DNA from: an uncultured virus (IMG/VR IMGVR_UViG_3300049982_000206)
Lineage: Duplodnaviria > Heunggongvirae > Uroviricota > Caudoviricetes
Reading direction: 5' to 3' (one strand)
IMG/VR virus record: IMGVR_UViG_3300049982_000206
DNA: 64,000 nucleotides
Positions 1 to 10,700 of the stretch are shown here, piece by piece. The notes below the pieces were generated by a model. That model saw only the letters and a list, made by a program, of their open reading frames with translations. It was not told where the DNA came from and searched no databases. Every line of letters starts with the position of its first letter. The first letter of the stretch is position 1. Made by a program: the position numbers and the translations under genes.

Positions 1-147
1 CCCGGCGCGGCGCGCCCGGATGTGCGGGCCCCGCCTCCGCTTCGTTTAGGCGCGTCCTCGACGACCGGACTAAGCGGGTGTACGCTGTACCGGATGGATG
101 GGAAGAGCAGCCCAGCCCAGCACTAGGAGAGGACCCCCAGCCTTCGC

Positions 148-918
148 TTGTCCCCACAGCAGATTTCCCCTGCCTCCACGGGAGGCCCCCACCTTGGAGA
201 ACCTATGACCGCAGTCGAAGTAGAGACACTGCAGAGCCCGCAGTCTCTTCCCATCGTGACCGAGCACGGCACCTACACCCTGGACGACCTCGAAGCCCTC
301 CAGGACCTCACCGGCCGAGCCCGCGTCGCCGCCAGCATCGCTCGCATCACCCAGGAGACAGCCGACGCTGCACGCCACATGCGCGACATCGGCGCCCTGC
401 TGATGATCGAGCCGTTCCAGCGTGCCCAGCGCCCGTACGACGACGAGATCGCGAAGATCGACGCTGCGCTGGAAGCCGGCAAGATCAACAAGAACACGGC
501 CATGAAACGCCGTACCGCCGCAAGCACGCAGCGCCGCGAAGCGATGGCCGACGTCGTCTACAAGCCGGTCGCCGTCTACCGCGACACCATCGGCGTCTCC
601 CGCGGTCTGTTCGCGCGCATGCAGCACCGCAAGCCCGAACTGCCCACGATCGAGCAGTACATCGAAGCCAGCGGCATGCTCTTCACCGAGGAGCCCTCCC
701 TGGAGGTCGTCGCGCAAATCGCGATGATCAAGCGCGACGAGTGCGACACGTACGACGCGATCAACGTTGCCGCGCGCACCATCCGGGACGAGGCCGTCAC
801 CGAGCTGCTGACCGGGGACAAGAAGACTGGCCGGCAGCCGCTCAGCAACGCCGACGTTGCTCGCTTGACCGGTCTCACCACGCCCCGGATCCACCAGCTC
901 CGGTACGGCACCCGGTGA
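148..918 (+). CDS. hypothetical protein with C-terminal helix-turn-helix (start may be ATG 205)
   Basis: ORF with phage-like codon usage; C-terminal LSNADVARLTGLTTPRIHQLR resembles an HTH. Confidence 0.65.
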   Translation: MSPQQISPASTGGPHLGEPMTAVEVETLQSPQSLPIVTEHGTYTLDDLEALQDLTGRARVAASIARITQETADAARHMRDIGALLMIEPFQRAQRPYDDEIAKIDAALEAGKINKNTAMKRRTAASTQRREAMADVVYKPVAVYRDTIGVSRGLFARMQHRKPELPTIEQYIEASGMLFTEEPSLEVVAQIAMIKRDECDTYDAINVAARTIRDEAVTELLTGDKKTGRQPLSNADVARLTGLTTPRIHQLRYGTR

Positions 919-1157
919 TTCGGCAGATGGAAGCTCTGCTCAACCGGCTATGGAACGCGACCGAGACCGCCCCTGGAATGCAGCAGGTCGGACACGGCCT
1001 CGCCACCGTGCTCGGCCTGTATACGCTCGACCAGTGGCTCACCCGTCGGGAGGTCACCGTATCCCTCCGCCTGGCCAATCAACTCGACACCGCAGGCTTC
1101 CCCGAGCATGCCGAGCAGTTGCGCACCGCAGCCGTAGAGAGGATCACCCGCCCGTGA
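915..1157 (+). CDS. hypothetical protein
   Basis: 3' part of ORF 78..1157; GTGA overlap with upstream stop. Confidence 0.5.
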   Translation: MIRQMEALLNRLWNATETAPGMQQVGHGLATVLGLYTLDQWLTRREVTVSLRLANQLDTAGFPEHAEQLRTAAVERITRP

Positions 1158-1489
1158 GCGACCGCGCCAAGCCGCAGTGCATTTGCTCGAAGTTCACCCG
1201 CGAGCACGGGCTCATCACCCGCACCTGCCCGGAACACGACCCACTCAGCGACGAACAGACGGACGCGCTACGCCGGCACGGGTACAACCCGGACTACCCG
1301 CCGCGTGGGTCCGGCGGCGCGGCCGACTCGAACTACAAGACGCTCGACGGCGGGTGGACCCGGCCTCGTGTCTGCTTCCTCGACGGGATCGAAATCGAGG
1401 GCCACGAGCCCAGCGACCTCGACCCGCTTGGCCCCTGCATTCACTGCGGTGAAGAGACCTTCATCGAGTCTGAACCGACAGGACCATAA
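1154..1489 (+). CDS. hypothetical Cys/His-rich protein
   Basis: 3' part of ORF 950..1489; GTGA coupling; CxC and CxxC motifs. Confidence 0.5.
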   Translation: MSDRAKPQCICSKFTREHGLITRTCPEHDPLSDEQTDALRRHGYNPDYPPRGSGGAADSNYKTLDGGWTRPRVCFLDGIEIEGHEPSDLDPLGPCIHCGEETFIESEPTGP

Positions 1490-1509
1490 CCACCCGATCG
1501 TTGCACCGT
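1476..1509 (+). promoter_or_regulatory. phage promoter motif (degenerate copy)
   Basis: CGACAGGACCATAAC-N13-CACCGT. Confidence 0.5.
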
Positions 1510-1546
1510 AGGCCGGATGAGCACCCGGCCGAACAGGAGACCCACG

Positions 1547-1660
1547 ATGAAGATCGCTGTTCCCGCCATCGAGCGGGTCCTGCTCCGGATCAAAGACCAG
1601 ATCCCATCTGGCGCGGCGAAGCGTGAGCACTACAGGCGGACAGTGGGTGGCGTGTCGTGA
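1547..1660 (+). CDS. 37-aa micro-ORF coupled to the VRR-NUC gene
   Basis: AGGAGA RBS then ATG 1547; its TGA overlaps the GTG at 1657. Confidence 0.5.
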   Translation: MKIAVPAIERVLLRIKDQIPSGAAKREHYRRTVGGVS

Positions 1661-1992
1661 AGGCAGCCGAGTACCGGCTCGCGCTGGCGAAGGCACAGAC
1701 TGAGAAGGACTTCGGGCTGCAGATTGAGGAACTCGTCACGCGGCTCGGCCTGCGGTACTACCACACGCACAGAAGCCAGCACAGCGTTGCTGGCTTCCCG
1801 GACTACGTCATCATCAGCCCGCGCGGCCGCGGCATGATGTACCGGGAGCTGAAGCGCGAGGGGAACAAGCCGACCGCTGAGCAGGATGTGTGGCTCACGA
1901 TGTTGTCCGCGAACGGCTGCGACACCGGCGTCTGGCGGCCGTCGGATCTTCTCTCCGGCCGGGTGCTCCGCGAGCTGCGCACCCTCACCTAA
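1657..1992 (+). CDS. VRR-NUC domain nuclease
   Basis: TEKDF...GFPD...RELK...PTAEQDVW...VWRP, the PD-(D/E)xK VRR-NUC pattern. Confidence 0.85.
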   Translation: MKAAEYRLALAKAQTEKDFGLQIEELVTRLGLRYYHTHRSQHSVAGFPDYVIISPRGRGMMYRELKREGNKPTAEQDVWLTMLSANGCDTGVWRPSDLLSGRVLRELRTLT

Positions 1993-2012
1993 GCAGGTGG
2001 GCGCCGGCCTCT

Positions 2013-2046
2013 CGACGCGACGCTAACTCCCCGACCGGGCCACGAT
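2013..2046 (+). promoter_or_regulatory. phage promoter motif
   Basis: CGACGCGACGCTAAC-N13-CACGAT. Confidence 0.8.
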
Positions 2047-2055
2047 CGTCTGGCC

Positions 2056-2295
2056 ATGGGAACTGTCACGGAACTCGGCCAGCACCGAGCCAAGCGCGCG
2101 GCCCGCGCGCTCCGCATCGAGGAGCACGCGGTCCGGCACCCCGCCCTGCGCTGGGTCGCCGGCGACAAGTTCTACATCGCCCACCGTCGTACCAACGCCG
2201 GAACTGCCTGCGGAGCGGAGGGCGATCTGATCCTGGCCCCGCCGGGAGTGCCGTTGTGCTCCCAGTGCTACCCGAACCGCGGGACTCCTCAGTGA
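2056..2295 (+). CDS. hypothetical Zn-binding protein
   Basis: H..CG and CxxC motifs; follows promoter motif. Confidence 0.6.
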   Translation: MGTVTELGQHRAKRAARALRIEEHAVRHPALRWVAGDKFYIAHRRTNAGTACGAEGDLILAPPGVPLCSQCYPNRGTPQ

Positions 2296-2465
2296 TCGCC
2301 ACCACCGGTACGGCGTACGTGTATGCCCCGTGTCTGTCCTGCGGGCAGCAGATCCGGTACACCTGCAGCCGGGACGAGAACGGAACGCCGACTCTCGACC
2401 CGGAGACCACCCGCCTCGCTGTCGAGCTGCATCTCCGCCACGCCTGCGAGGCGGTACCGCGGTGA
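2292..2465 (+). CDS. small CxxC protein
   Basis: 3' part of ORF 1890..2465; GTGA overlaps on both sides. Confidence 0.45.
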   Translation: MIATTGTAYVYAPCLSCGQQIRYTCSRDENGTPTLDPETTRLAVELHLRHACEAVPR

Positions 2466-4222
2466 CAGCGGTCGCTAACAGCGTCCGCGCGATCGCTGGC
2501 CGGGTGTCCGGCGTCCAGTCGAACATCGCTAAGCAGATGTTCGAGGACGCGATGGCCGTGGACCCGGTCATTCGTCGTGAGTGGGTCCAGGGCATGAGCG
2601 ACCTGGACCGGCGGAAGCTGCTGGAGCACGCCTGGCGCGTGGCCGGTACGCCGTACCACCTGTACGTCGACGACCCCGTCGGGTTCGTCGAAGACGTACT
2701 CGGCGAGTCCACCTGGTCAAAGCAACGCGCCGTACTGATCGCACTCACGAAGGCGAAGCGCATCGCCGTACCGTCCGCCTTCGGCACCGGCAAGACCCAC
2801 ATTGCTGCCAGGGCCGCACTCTGGCGATCTGTCGTCTTCCCGCCTGGCACTTCGTTGACCGTCACGACCGCAACTCGTATGCGGCAGGTGCAGCGGCAGC
2901 TGTGGCCGCACATCCGGACCGCAGTAACACGCGCCCGGCTCCCCCTCGAAGCCGACATGGTCCAGATGTGGGGATACAACGCCGAGGGCGTCAAGGTCCA
3001 AGTTGCCTACGGCTTCTCGGCTCCGGACCACGACGAAGCCGCCGTCCAGGGTATCCACGCGCCGCGGCTGTTCATCGTCGTCGACGAGGCCGGAGGTATC
3101 TCCCGGGTCATCGGTAAAGCGATGCGCGGTCTCCTCACAGGCGACGACACCCGCATGCTGGCAATCGGGAACCCGCCCACCGACGACGAGGGCAGCTGGT
3201 TCGAAGGATTCTGCGGGCACCCGAAGGCGCAACTGATCCGGATCTCAGCGTTCGACTCGCCTCAGCTCACCGGCGAGGTCACCGACTGGTGCCGGACCTG
3301 CCCGCCAGCCGGCGACCGCCACCGGCTCTCTCGCCACATCACCGACAAGGAGTGGATCGAGGAGACGATCGAGGAGTACGGCCGCGATGCGCCGTTCGTG
3401 ATCGCGAAGGTCGACGCCAAGTTCCCCCGTGGCGGATCCTCGCGGATCATCCCCTCTGACTGGGTCGACCTTGCATCCGATCAGCCCGAGCCTGTCGGCG
3501 AGGAGTACGTCCGGCTGGATGCGCTCGGTCTGGAGGAGGAGACCGACGGCTGGCTGGTCCAACCGGGCGCCTGGGTGCGGCTCGGTGTGGACGTGGCGGC
3601 CGACGGCGGCGACGAACTCGTCATCGCGCGGGCGGTGGGCGACCTCACTACGATCGAGCACGTTTCGTCCGGGGCGACCAACGAGAACGCTGTCGACGTC
3701 GCCGGCAAGATCCTGGTCGAGATCCTGAAGGCGCAGCTTGTCCGGTCCCGGCTCGGCACGAGCGCCCCGGTACGAGTGAAGATCGACGGCATCGGCGTCG
3801 GCTGGGGTGTGGCCGGCACGTTGGAGGCGTGGCGATCCGAAGGGGTCCACGATGCCGAGATCGTTGTGGTCAAGGTGTCGGAGGGAACCGGTCGGCCGGA
3901 CGAGGAGAAGGCAACCATGCGCCCGGCGCGAAAGCGTGACGAGATGTGGTTGGCCGGGCGGCATCTGCTTGCTCCCCGCAAGAAGTCTCCCGGATCGCTG
4001 ATCACCCTGCCTGGTCAGCTGCGGCTACGCGTCGACAAGAGGACGCAAGCGCAACTGTCGGGCCCGACGTACAAGACGAACAGCACCGGTCTCACCGTGG
4101 TTGAAGGGAAGCCGTCGATGAAGGCTCGCGGCCTCACCTCACCGGACCGTGCAGAGGCTGTCCTGCTGGCGGTCTACGAGCCGTTGATCGAACCGCAGGG
4201 TGGAATGCGAATTCTGGTATAA
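2462..4222 (+). CDS. terL: terminase large subunit
   Basis: Walker A SAFGTGKT, Walker B FIVVDEA, IGNP, nuclease GVDVA and SPDRAEA; upstream of portal. Confidence 0.93.
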   Translation: MTAVANSVRAIAGRVSGVQSNIAKQMFEDAMAVDPVIRREWVQGMSDLDRRKLLEHAWRVAGTPYHLYVDDPVGFVEDVLGESTWSKQRAVLIALTKAKRIAVPSAFGTGKTHIAARAALWRSVVFPPGTSLTVTTATRMRQVQRQLWPHIRTAVTRARLPLEADMVQMWGYNAEGVKVQVAYGFSAPDHDEAAVQGIHAPRLFIVVDEAGGISRVIGKAMRGLLTGDDTRMLAIGNPPTDDEGSWFEGFCGHPKAQLIRISAFDSPQLTGEVTDWCRTCPPAGDRHRLSRHITDKEWIEETIEEYGRDAPFVIAKVDAKFPRGGSSRIIPSDWVDLASDQPEPVGEEYVRLDALGLEEETDGWLVQPGAWVRLGVDVAADGGDELVIARAVGDLTTIEHVSSGATNENAVDVAGKILVEILKAQLVRSRLGTSAPVRVKIDGIGVGWGVAGTLEAWRSEGVHDAEIVVVKVSEGTGRPDEEKATMRPARKRDEMWLAGRHLLAPRKKSPGSLITLPGQLRLRVDKRTQAQLSGPTYKTNSTGLTVVEGKPSMKARGLTSPDRAEAVLLAVYEPLIEPQGGMRILV

Positions 4223-4563
4223 CGCTGCGGATGCAACGATCGTGCATCACTGTGTATCTCGCACAGCTAACTCAGTGCATCACGGAACGTCATAGTTCCC
4301 GCGTTACATGGGATGCTGAATCGTTAGCTTGTAAACCCCTTAGAGCGTGCTCGGACTAAGGTCCGAACTCGACCACTAGTGCGACGCCTGCACAAAACTG
4401 CAGCGCTATGGCAACTACCCCATACAAGGGTCTACGGTGACTCCAAGTACAGGCGCGGTCCGAGCTGGGGGGCTCGGGCCGGGAGCAGCAACAAAGACTG
4501 CTTGGGGATTTCCATTGCCGTCACTCTGGAGATCGCCGCTCACGTGGGGAGGCATTCGAGGCT

Positions 4564-5052
4564 ATGCGGCCGAGAGTAATTACTACAGAACACCAATGGG
4601 TAATCGCAGCAACAATTGACGTAAACGATCAGATAGCACGTAAGGGAGTTCAGCGCGGAGTCGTGCGAATTCCTAGTGACACACAGATCGACGTCATGGA
4701 GACCTACTGCGCGATGTGCCGAAAGATGTACGAGGACGTCGCCGACGCGCCGTGCTCGGCAGCTTCGATCGGTACCGAGCATCTCCGCGGGGGACCCATC
4801 GGTGTTAGGGCGAAGAGGACCGGCGCTGCTGCCGGGTCCATCGTCGAGCCCGTTATACGACCAACGCCCCGGCCCGCGCTGCGACCTGTTCAGCAGCCCG
4901 CCGCCGCAATTCGAGCAACACCGCCACCTGCTACACAACCGATTCGGCCCATGAAGAAAAAGCGGGCTTGTCCGAAACCTAAGCCTTGGTCAGCTGGAGA
5001 TTCGGCAGCCCTCATGCTGCCGTTCCCGGTGGACGCGACGCTAACTGGGTAG
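4564..5052 (+). CDS. hypothetical protein (CxxC, Pro-rich tail)
   Basis: GGGAGG RBS; ORF track. Confidence 0.6.
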   Translation: MRPRVITTEHQWVIAATIDVNDQIARKGVQRGVVRIPSDTQIDVMETYCAMCRKMYEDVADAPCSAASIGTEHLRGGPIGVRAKRTGAAAGSIVEPVIRPTPRPALRPVQQPAAAIRATPPPATQPIRPMKKKRACPKPKPWSAGDSAALMLPFPVDATLTG

Positions 5053-5064
5053 GCGTCATACGGT
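5031..5064 (+). promoter_or_regulatory. phage promoter motif
   Basis: GGACGCGACGCTAAC-N13-TACGGT. Confidence 0.8.
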
Positions 5065-5071
5065 CCCAGGC

Positions 5072-5290
5072 GTGACCATCCCAGACGCTGAGCCCCGCCT
5101 CGAAGCCGGCAGCTTCGCCCGGAGAGCGATCCTCGACTACCTGTCGATCGTGCTCATCCTGGCTGGAGCTGCCGGCTTCGACGTGCTCGTCTGGCTGATG
5201 GAATGGCGGGCAGGCCTCGCCGTGATCTTCCTGTACATCGCTGCCGTCGGCTTTGTCGTCGGCATGGACCGCGAGGGGGGTCGTCGGTGA
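5072..5290 (+). CDS. small two-TM membrane protein
   Basis: Two hydrophobic segments; GTG 7 nt after promoter -10; typical position before portal. Confidence 0.7.
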   Translation: MTIPDAEPRLEAGSFARRAILDYLSIVLILAGAAGFDVLVWLMEWRAGLAVIFLYIAAVGFVVGMDREGGRR

Positions 5291-7695
5291 CCCGTTTCCT
5301 GCCGACGTTGCGCCGGTCGTCCAGCCCGGCCGTCATGATGAGCGCAGCGATGGAGGCCAAGGTTGTCCTGGCCGACTACTACGCCTCACTGCACCAGTTC
5401 GAGTCCGGCCGGCGAGCGAGGTACTGGCCGATCGAGCGCGCCGTCGCGGAGGGATACGAAAGGGTCATCTGGGTCTTCAAGGCGGTCAACACGATCGGCG
5501 CCGACCACGCCCGGTTGCCGTTCAAGCTGCGGCAGGGCGGCGAGATCATCGAGGACCACCCGCTGTGCCGCGTACTGAACAAGAAGGCGAACGAACTGGA
5601 GACCGGCCAGATCTTCAGGAAGCGGCTGTCCGCTCAGGTGTCGCTCTCGAAGCCGGGTGCGTTCGTCGAGAAGACGTACAGCAACGGCGGGACCATCAAA
5701 GAAGTGCACCTGCTGCCACCCTCCCGTGTCGAGATCATGCCAGGCGAGCCCGGCACCGGCGTACTGATCGACCACTTCCGCCTCACCCTGCGGACTGGTG
5801 GCTACCGCGAGATCGACCCGAAGAACGTGCTCTGGTTCCGCGACCCGCACCCCATCGATCCGTACAGCGGTGTTACCCCGCTGGAAGCGGCCGGTCTCAG
5901 CGTTGAGCTGGACTACTTCGCCCGGCTCTACAACGTCAGCTTCATGCGGAACGACGGCCGTCCCGGCGGAGTGCTCGCCGTGCGAAACCCGAACGGCACC
6001 GCCAACGACATCTCCGAAGCGTCCATGGACCGGATCGAGGCCAGGTTCGGCCGCGGCCCGGTCGAGGCCGGGAAGCTTTCGGTCATCGCCGGTGAACTTG
6101 ACTATGTCGACCTGGCCACGCGCCCGCGCGACATGCAGTACACACAGACCAGCCGGAACAGCAAGATCGAACTGCTGTCCGCGTACGGCGTCCCGGAGTC
6201 TGTGCTCGGCTACTCCGCCGACCGGACTTTCGATAACGCGGACAACGAGCTGTACGTTTACTGGACCCGCACGATGGGGGCCCACAACGAGATCATCGTC
6301 TCCGGGTTCGACGAGGATTCCGATGACGACCTGGAGGGCTTCCTCGACACCTCCGGCATTGAGGTGCTGGAACGCCACGAGCGCACACGCCGCGAGGAGG
6401 CACGAGCCGAGGTCAGCGCCGGCCTGCGGTCCATCAAGTCATACGCCGATCTGGCCGGGTACGGCACTGAGATCGACGACACCCCACACACTCGCGCGCT
6501 GTACATCCCGACCGGTAAGACGCCGCTCCCCTCCCGCGAGAAGGACGCCGAGGCACTCGGGCTAGGCGAGCCCGTCGATACCGCTCCTCCCTCAGTAGCT
6601 GCAGGGGATCCCGCGGCGGCTCTCCCCCCGGGCCCGAACCCGGCCGAGGTGAGCGAGCCTCCCGCTGTCGGAGCGCCATCCACCCCGGACATGGGGCAGC
6701 AGCCGGCCGAACTCCCACCCGGGTACGCACCTGTCACAGCGGCCCAAGGGAACGCTCCTGTCGCGATCGGGGCAGCGCCATCATTCAAGGCTCTCCCGCC
6801 GGGCGTGCGGCCCGTGCTGCGCGTCAAGCGCTCGGCACCGACGCCTGTCCAGCAGACGCTGGAATCCGAACTCGACGAACGCGTCCGCGACCAGCTCGAA
6901 GACACGCTCGCGACCGCGCTCACGGTCATGGCGACACGATGGGTCGAGCGAACGGTTGCCCGACTGGAGTCGCCAAAGTCGCGCAAGGGCACCCGGCACT
7001 GGCTGGCCGACCGGCCAGAAGACACTCGCGGCGGAAGCAAGGCACTCGACTCCGCCAAGGCCGTCAACGAGGAGCAGTGGAGCAGCGAAGCGGAGACCGG
7101 CACCCTGCCGATCATCGCCGACGCCGCTACCGTTGCGGCCGCCGCACTGATCTCAGACCTTGATGCCGACGACGACGGCACCATCGCTACATCCGTGCTC
7201 GTGGCGAGCCTGGTGGCCACGGTCGTCCGGCTGATCTCCGACTCCGCGGGGAACCAGGCCGTACGGCTGATTCGCCTGATCAACGAGGCCGACCAAAACG
7301 ACCAGTCCATGGTAGAGATCGTCGACCTGGTGCGCGCGCAGGGCGCTAGATTCACAGCGTGGGCTCGCGGATTGGCCACCCAGGCTGCCACAGCCACCTT
7401 GAACGGTGCGCGCGAGGCCGCTTCGGAGGAGATCGGCGCGACCACCGGTGTCGAGATCACCCGAGACTGGTTGAGCCGGCGCGACGAGCGGGTGAGGGAC
7501 AGCCACCACGAGGCCGACGGCCAGCGCCAGCCACTCGGACAGCCGTTCCTCGTCGGCGATTCGCTGCTGCGGTTCCCCGCTGATCCGCTCGCTCCCGTTC
7601 ACGAAACCGCCGGTTGCCGCTGCCGCCTTCTGCACCGGTCGGTCCGGACGGGGATGTTCGTCAGACCGCCTGTCGAGTTGTCCCAAGCATCCTGA
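5287..7695 (+). CDS. portal protein fused to MuF/gp7-like head morphogenesis domain
   Basis: HK97-like portal motifs (YSGVTPLEAA, NDGRPGGVL, YGVPESVLG); C-terminal WLSRRDERVRDSHHEADGQ...FPADP...GCRC. Confidence 0.9.
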   Translation: MTRFLPTLRRSSSPAVMMSAAMEAKVVLADYYASLHQFESGRRARYWPIERAVAEGYERVIWVFKAVNTIGADHARLPFKLRQGGEIIEDHPLCRVLNKKANELETGQIFRKRLSAQVSLSKPGAFVEKTYSNGGTIKEVHLLPPSRVEIMPGEPGTGVLIDHFRLTLRTGGYREIDPKNVLWFRDPHPIDPYSGVTPLEAAGLSVELDYFARLYNVSFMRNDGRPGGVLAVRNPNGTANDISEASMDRIEARFGRGPVEAGKLSVIAGELDYVDLATRPRDMQYTQTSRNSKIELLSAYGVPESVLGYSADRTFDNADNELYVYWTRTMGAHNEIIVSGFDEDSDDDLEGFLDTSGIEVLERHERTRREEARAEVSAGLRSIKSYADLAGYGTEIDDTPHTRALYIPTGKTPLPSREKDAEALGLGEPVDTAPPSVAAGDPAAALPPGPNPAEVSEPPAVGAPSTPDMGQQPAELPPGYAPVTAAQGNAPVAIGAAPSFKALPPGVRPVLRVKRSAPTPVQQTLESELDERVRDQLEDTLATALTVMATRWVERTVARLESPKSRKGTRHWLADRPEDTRGGSKALDSAKAVNEEQWSSEAETGTLPIIADAATVAAAALISDLDADDDGTIATSVLVASLVATVVRLISDSAGNQAVRLIRLINEADQNDQSMVEIVDLVRAQGARFTAWARGLATQAATATLNGAREAASEEIGATTGVEITRDWLSRRDERVRDSHHEADGQRQPLGQPFLVGDSLLRFPADPLAPVHETAGCRCRLLHRSVRTGMFVRPPVELSQAS

Positions 7696-7699
7696 TCGC

Positions 7700-7733
7700 C
7701 GACGCGACGCTAACGCCTACCCCGGGGCAACGT
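7700..7733 (+). promoter_or_regulatory. phage promoter motif
   Basis: CGACGCGACGCTAAC-N13-CAACGT. Confidence 0.8.
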
Positions 7734-7767
7734 AGGCGCGTCACCACCACAGTCGGAAGGGCCACCT

Positions 7768-10700
7768 GTGAGCATCGTCGAGCAGCCTCAATCTGCCCCC
7801 CGCCCCGCCCTTCACCTCAACGTCGAAACCGACGAGACGAAGGTACGGCGGCCGGCCTGGGACGAGGTCGCACACCCTCGTGACCGCGTCGGCCGGTTCA
7901 TCGAGACCGGCGCCGAGGTTCGTGTCTGGGGCGGCGCGCTGGCCAAGGTCGTGCGCAACGTCGGCGGTGGCCGGATCGAGATCGAGCGCCTGTCGGACCA
8001 CTCCCACGTGATCGTGCACCGCAACTACCTGACGGTGACCAAGCGGCCTGACGGTACGGCGCCCACATCGAAGCGTGATGCCAACGTCCAGGCGCTGCCC
8101 GAGAAGGCGCCGGACCCGGACGCTGTCGAGGTGCCGAAGCCCACCACGCCACCTGACGTGGACATGGAAGACATCGGGAACACGCTCGATCACTTCCTGC
8201 GCCGGATGGACCCAGAGGCCGCCGAACGCGTGCACGCCGCGTCAGAGGACTACCTGCGGGCACTCGGCAACGACGTCCCGGACGACGAGGCTGACGAGCG
8301 CGCCCACTTGATCGGGGTCCTGGACGACATCGACGGCAAGTACCCCACTGAGCGCGCCATTCTGATGTCCACGCGGGCACTCCGCGACGAGGCCCAGAAG
8401 GAGCCGGACGGCAACCCTGAGGTCGCCCGCCAGGTCGCGGACGACGACCCCGTGACGGTGCGCCCCGGGCAGCCACGCGAGCCCGGCGTACCGATTCCAC
8501 CGGCGCCCAGCGAAACAGAGCCCGTTGCGGGACGGCTCGTGCATGATGGCGACGTCCTGCAGACGCGCATGGGACGGGTCACTGTCGTCGGCGAGCCGGT
8601 CAAGCAGCCCAACGGCTCCTACGCTCTGCGGCTCGATCGCGGGAACGGGAACCCGCCTGTGGAGATGGTTGTCGGCAGCCGTGACCGTGTCCAGCGCGAG
8701 AAGCCAGCTACCGCCGATCCCACACCGGCCCCGCCAGCCCGCGGCGCCGTCGGCTCGCCGGATGCCCAGCCGCTCGTCCCAGACGCACCAGTCACCGACA
8801 CCCCCGCAGTTGACAAGCCGGACAGCACCGAGGCGAACCCGCGCCGGTACCGGACGTCTCCCTCGGGTGCACGCGAGGCGGCCTACGCCGCAGAGGTGCA
8901 AGAGTCCGACGGGTACGAGGCTGGCTTCACCGTCGACGGCTGGCACGTCACCGTGACCGACCCGAACTCAGCCCTGTGGTCGCTGGCCGGTATCCGCGAC
9001 ATCCACGACGACAACCTCGACCCGTCCGTGCGAGCGTCGTTGACACCCGAACTACGCCGCCGTGCCCGTATCAGCCGCGACGCCCTCGACCGGCTGATGG
9101 ACGACATCCGCCGCGACGCCGGGATCACCGGGAACGGCAAGCCATCGCCTCGGATCGCGGACACGAACGCCCCGGACGCTACGCCCGAAGCACCTGCCGC
9201 CGCACCTCCGGAGCCGGTGAAGCCCGAGCGGCGCCAGCTCGATGGGTTCAGCGCGGCCGAGTCCGCGACAATCCACAACGCCGTCGAGGACCACGCGGCG
9301 CAGTACTACCGTGGACCGGCCACACCCACTGCAGACAACGCGGCCGGCTACGTCGGCGGGATCGACGCGGCGACTCGGTACGTGACCGAAGGCCACCTCA
9401 AAGACCTGCTCGAAACACACGGCATGGCAAAGGTCACGCAGGCCGTTCTAGGTGTCATCCGCGACGACGAGTCGGTCCTGACCCGCACCCAGGAGGACCG
9501 CAACAACCGCAAGGCCGAGCGAGACGCCAAGCTGGCCGAGATCAACCAGCGTGCGGGGGCCGCCGCACAGGTTGAGAACTGGGACGAGGCACTCCGCGGC
9601 CTCGACGAGATCGAGACCATCGACCCGACGTACCGTCCGGGCGGTCTGTCCGTCGACGAGCTGCGGACCCGGCTGACGCGAGCCCGTGGCACAGACTCCG
9701 CACCGCAGAACGATGCCCCCGAGGCCGTGCCCGACCAGGCGCCCGAGGCCGTGCCTGACCAGGCGCCGTCGGAGACGCCTGCTGCGGTTGAGCCGTCGAC
9801 CGCACCGGCAAAGCCTCGGTTTGCGACCGTGGAGGCGGTACGGCAGTGGCTGCGCGGACCAGGCTCGACCCCGCAGCTCGCGCGCGAGGATCCCGAACGC
9901 GCCGCGCGGCATCGCGCAACGAATGCTCGAATCGCCAACGACCCGGCGCTGACTCTCTCCGCAGGTGGCCGGCTGATCGTTCACCGCAACCCCACCATCG
10001 GCGGCAACAAAGAGTGGCGAATCGCGTCCCCCGCGAACGGGCTACACCTCGGCAGGGCAGGCACCGGGCGGAACAAGGAAGAAGCGTTGCAGTTGGCTGC
10101 GCTGATGGAGTCGCACGTCGATGCTGAAGGAAACCCGATCCCATTCGACGCGGACGACATCAACGCCCGGATCCGGACATGGCGAGACAAAGACGGGCTC
10201 GGGCTCGGGAACCTGCTGCTGGAGGACCGGGCGAAGGTAGAGCCGGGACGTCGGCGGGGGGCCGACTGGAAAGACCCCTGGTGGGAAGGCCAAGCGCCAC
10301 AACCCTTGCCTGAGCGCGCACCGGAGGCCGCTCCGGCACCGGAGCGATCCGGGAACGAGTACGCCGCAGAGGCGTACGCTGCAAACCAGCGCGGTGACCG
10401 GTCCGCAGCGCTGCGGGCAATCCTCGAAGCTGAGCGTGTCGACCCCGGCCAGGACGAGCGGTGGCGTCGATTGCGCCGCGAGTACCGTGGCCTCCCCCCG
10501 GTGCCGACCGGGACGCCACTCGACGCCCAGGGCGACACCATCCGCACGCCGGAACTCGTCGTACCGGATTCCGCGGCGCCCGCCGAGACGAACCTGCCCG
10601 ATGCAGACGTTGACCTGGATGAGCCCGGCGACGAGGAAGTGCCTGCCGTACCGCCCGTCGAAGACACACCCACTTCGGCGCCGACGCTGTCCGCTGATGG

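Noticed and set aside
59..93. Possible copy of the main promoter motif at the window start
   Set aside because: Poor 15-mer match and no T at hexamer position 6; it fits the second motif instead
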